In this document: positions 61,510 through 64,000 of the stretch, piece by piece
Position numbering within the stretch: the first letter of the stretch is position 1
Layout: each line of letters starts with the position of its first letter
DNA from: Thalia democratica
Taxonomy: Eukaryota
Length of the DNA stretch: 64,000 nt
Direction of reading: 5' to 3'
NCBI GenBank assembly: GCA_965202585.1
Contig: OZ241828.1
Coordinates: 58,156,001-58,220,000, forward strand
The notes under the pieces: model-generated
Database searches by the model: none
The model's input: only the letters and a program-made list of their open reading frames with translations
What the model was told of the DNA's origin: nothing
Position numbers and translations under genes: made by a program

Positions 61510-63965
61510 CAATATAAAGATAAAATATATAAAAGATTACTGTTAATAACAGTTTAAAAATGTAATAAACTGTAACCATTATCTGAAACGTGCTGTTCTT
61601 AAAAATATTTTTCTCTTTTCTAAATAACTCTTGATTTTTTCCTAAATCATATTATCACCAATTTTTTTATGAGCTAAGTTACATATAAAATTTCTAAATC
61701 TTCTGATGCTTGAGAGCACGTTTAATATCAATGATGATTTTTTTTTGTTTTGGCTTTTTCTCAGTCAAATCATTGAATTTAATTTTTCATGTTACTACGC
61801 TTTAATTTATAATACGTTTAATATATGTTTTATGTATAAAGTCATTTTTACCTTTTTTTTTTTTTGTATTTTGAGATCAGAAAAATATAAACTTAATATT
61901 ATGTAAAACTAAAAATGTATAATCATTATAAATAATTTAACGTTTTATTTCTTAATTGTCCGACACTTACTAACAAATCATAAAAGATCAGCATTGAAAA
62001 ACAAAATAAAATTGTCAAAGTTCAAAATAAGTTTTTACTAATAGATTTATTCAAAACATTCTTATTGTTCTTAAGAATTAAAATTATTAATATGAAATAC
62101 TAAAAATAAAGAAGTTAAACTACCATTCTTTAATTTAATTACATGTTTTCAAACACTTTTTTTTTCCTACTTATTTCTTAGTATCAACATCTAATATTTA
62201 ATAAATTAGTTATTTATACTTACGTTATATGTATTAAATGCTTTATGAAATTTTTGAAATCAACTGTTTTATACCAAGTAAGTGTAAAATTAAAATAAAT
62301 AAAGTATTCTATTTATGCACTGAAAAGTATATTTTTGTCTTTAAATTATTTTTAAATACTTAAACTTGCTAAAAAATGTTGGTATCGTATTCAAAAATCT
62401 TCACTTAAATAAAAGCAAACTTATAAAAGTAGAAAAGAAGTTTGTTTTTTAATTTTGTTGAAGATAAATTAAAGCACAAACCTATTGTATTCACTGCAAA
62501 AAAATAAGCACTTATTCTATTAACAACAGCTGTTCAAATTAGTTCACAAGAACTGAAAAAATTTGAGATTATCTGAAGTTCTACAGTTGTTTCTGTTTGT
62601 AAAAACTTTATATACCGTGAACTTTCGAATACAGTCATTTTTTATCTATTACGTCAGAATCAGTTTATTAATTGTAACGGATCTATAACAAACAAATATA
62701 AAAATAATTTTGTTTGCAAATCGATTATGTTTGTGCAAAATTAAGACTTAGGGTCGGTCATTGTCAAGGTAACAACTTTCTTAGTAATAGCAATCGAAAT
62801 TTCACCTAAAGTCAAAATTTTGTTGCTAGGTGCAAGTCGGTTGTCAAGACAATTAGTAAAAAGGTTTAGGTGGTTTGCCCTCTTAAAAACTAATTTATAA
62901 GCTGTAGCGGTGAAATTAAAAGATTTAATTTCAAGGTTTTTCTTTCTAAATTTGTTTTCTGAAAGTAGTTAAAAGTAGCTCATTAAAAAGAATTCTTACT
63001 AATTCATCATCAAAAATTAAAAAAATTAATATTTATTTTAAGTCTTTGAAACTAGCGTTTTAATTCCTTAAAATTAATTTTCTACTTTGTACTTTGTTTT
63101 CTTATTCTAATCCATGCAACATGAAAATAATATAAATATATAACTTTTTTTTATTGTTTAACAATATGTTTTTTACTCTTAGTATTAAAATTTAATCAAA
63201 CATTTTTAAAGCTAATTACGTCATAATTGAATTAATACTTTTGTTTTAAACACAAACGGAAATTGATTCGATTATAAGAACCCCTAATCCTTTAACAACT
63301 GTTTAAACCTGTCATTTTTCCATTACGTTTTAATAAATTATTTTGCTTTAATTATAAAAAACAAATGTGAAGAAGGAAGCAATAACTTAACTTCATTTCG
63401 TTTTAGTTGAATTTACAGCCACTCAACATACACTAAGTCTACGCTTTAAAATTAGTTTTATTAAAGGTACTTACAACGCTTGGTTTACTTAAGGATACTT
63501 ACTTTAATTTAGTTATATATTGATAAGCGGAAAATTCTGTTTCGAAAAAAAAACTAATTTATCATAAACTTTTACTTAAAAAATCAAATATACTGTGTTT
63601 TTTTAGTGTACAGTTATAAAATCCTAAAAAAATTAAAAACTAAGGTTTTTTTTACCTAGTTAAACTCGTTTTTAATAACATCCAGTAAACTAAACTAAAC
63701 GAAGAAACCTTCAATAATCAGAATTTACTTCAATTATCAAACATTTTAAAAGTACATCAATCAGACATCAATTATATTTGCAGCTATTTGCTAAGTTACG
63801 TCTTTAACTTTCAAAGGTCTATATTTGCTAAACTGTTTGTTACTGCTTATGCATCACTTTATTAGCACGTAACAAAACATTTTCTTTAAAACTTACAATT
63901 TTGTTTAATCCGATCAACATTTACTATATTTTTATCATCGGAAATGAAAAAGGTGCCACTGAGGT
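61510..63965 (+). repeat. Non-coding duplicated segment, copy 2
   Basis: Direct, co-linear paralogue of 45588-48260. Confidence 0.9.
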
Positions 63966-64000
63966 TTATATATGCTAATTAAAAAAATTAAATGAAAATT

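Noticed and set aside
9248-61906. Short F/I/L/K-rich ORFs (e.g. 9248, 32583, 32956, 39822, 49123, 54624, 58553, 59611, 61706)
   Set aside because: Their composition mirrors AT-rich or repeat DNA, several start at non-ATG codons, and none has a domain or splice support.

Overview
This is AT-rich (roughly 25% GC by eye) eukaryotic DNA with GT-AG introns, most likely from an invertebrate animal; no bacterial-type features such as CRISPR arrays or rRNA are seen. (1) 1-24.6 kb is a tandem array of nine minus-strand paralogues (units 0, A-H) of a gene encoding an N-terminal leucine zipper, an acidic linker and five C2H2 zinc fingers. Only unit B (4567-6796) reconstructs as intact, unit 0 runs off the left edge, and the rest carry stops, frameshifts, exon loss or TE insertions. 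The array also holds a 2.66-kb non-coding LTR element and two ~700-bp foldback MITEs. (2) 26764-32915 is a 6.15-kb Mutator-like element (long TIRs, 9-bp TSD) encoding an OTU/vertnin-like cysteine protease joined to the start of a MULE transposase. (3) 37266-38768 is a type II transmembrane C-type lectin gene with a duplicated neck exon and an apparent in-frame TAA. (4) 50010-51000 is an intronless orphan 7TM gene with a 1-nt frameshift. (5) About 51.57-52.46 kb is a Penelope-like remnant with two inverted hammerhead ribozyme copies, one with an intact core. (6) There is also a ~2.7-kb non-coding duplication carrying clustered RFX-like motifs, plus several MITE families. All gene models were spliced and translated by hand; homology calls come from motif recognition, not database searches.
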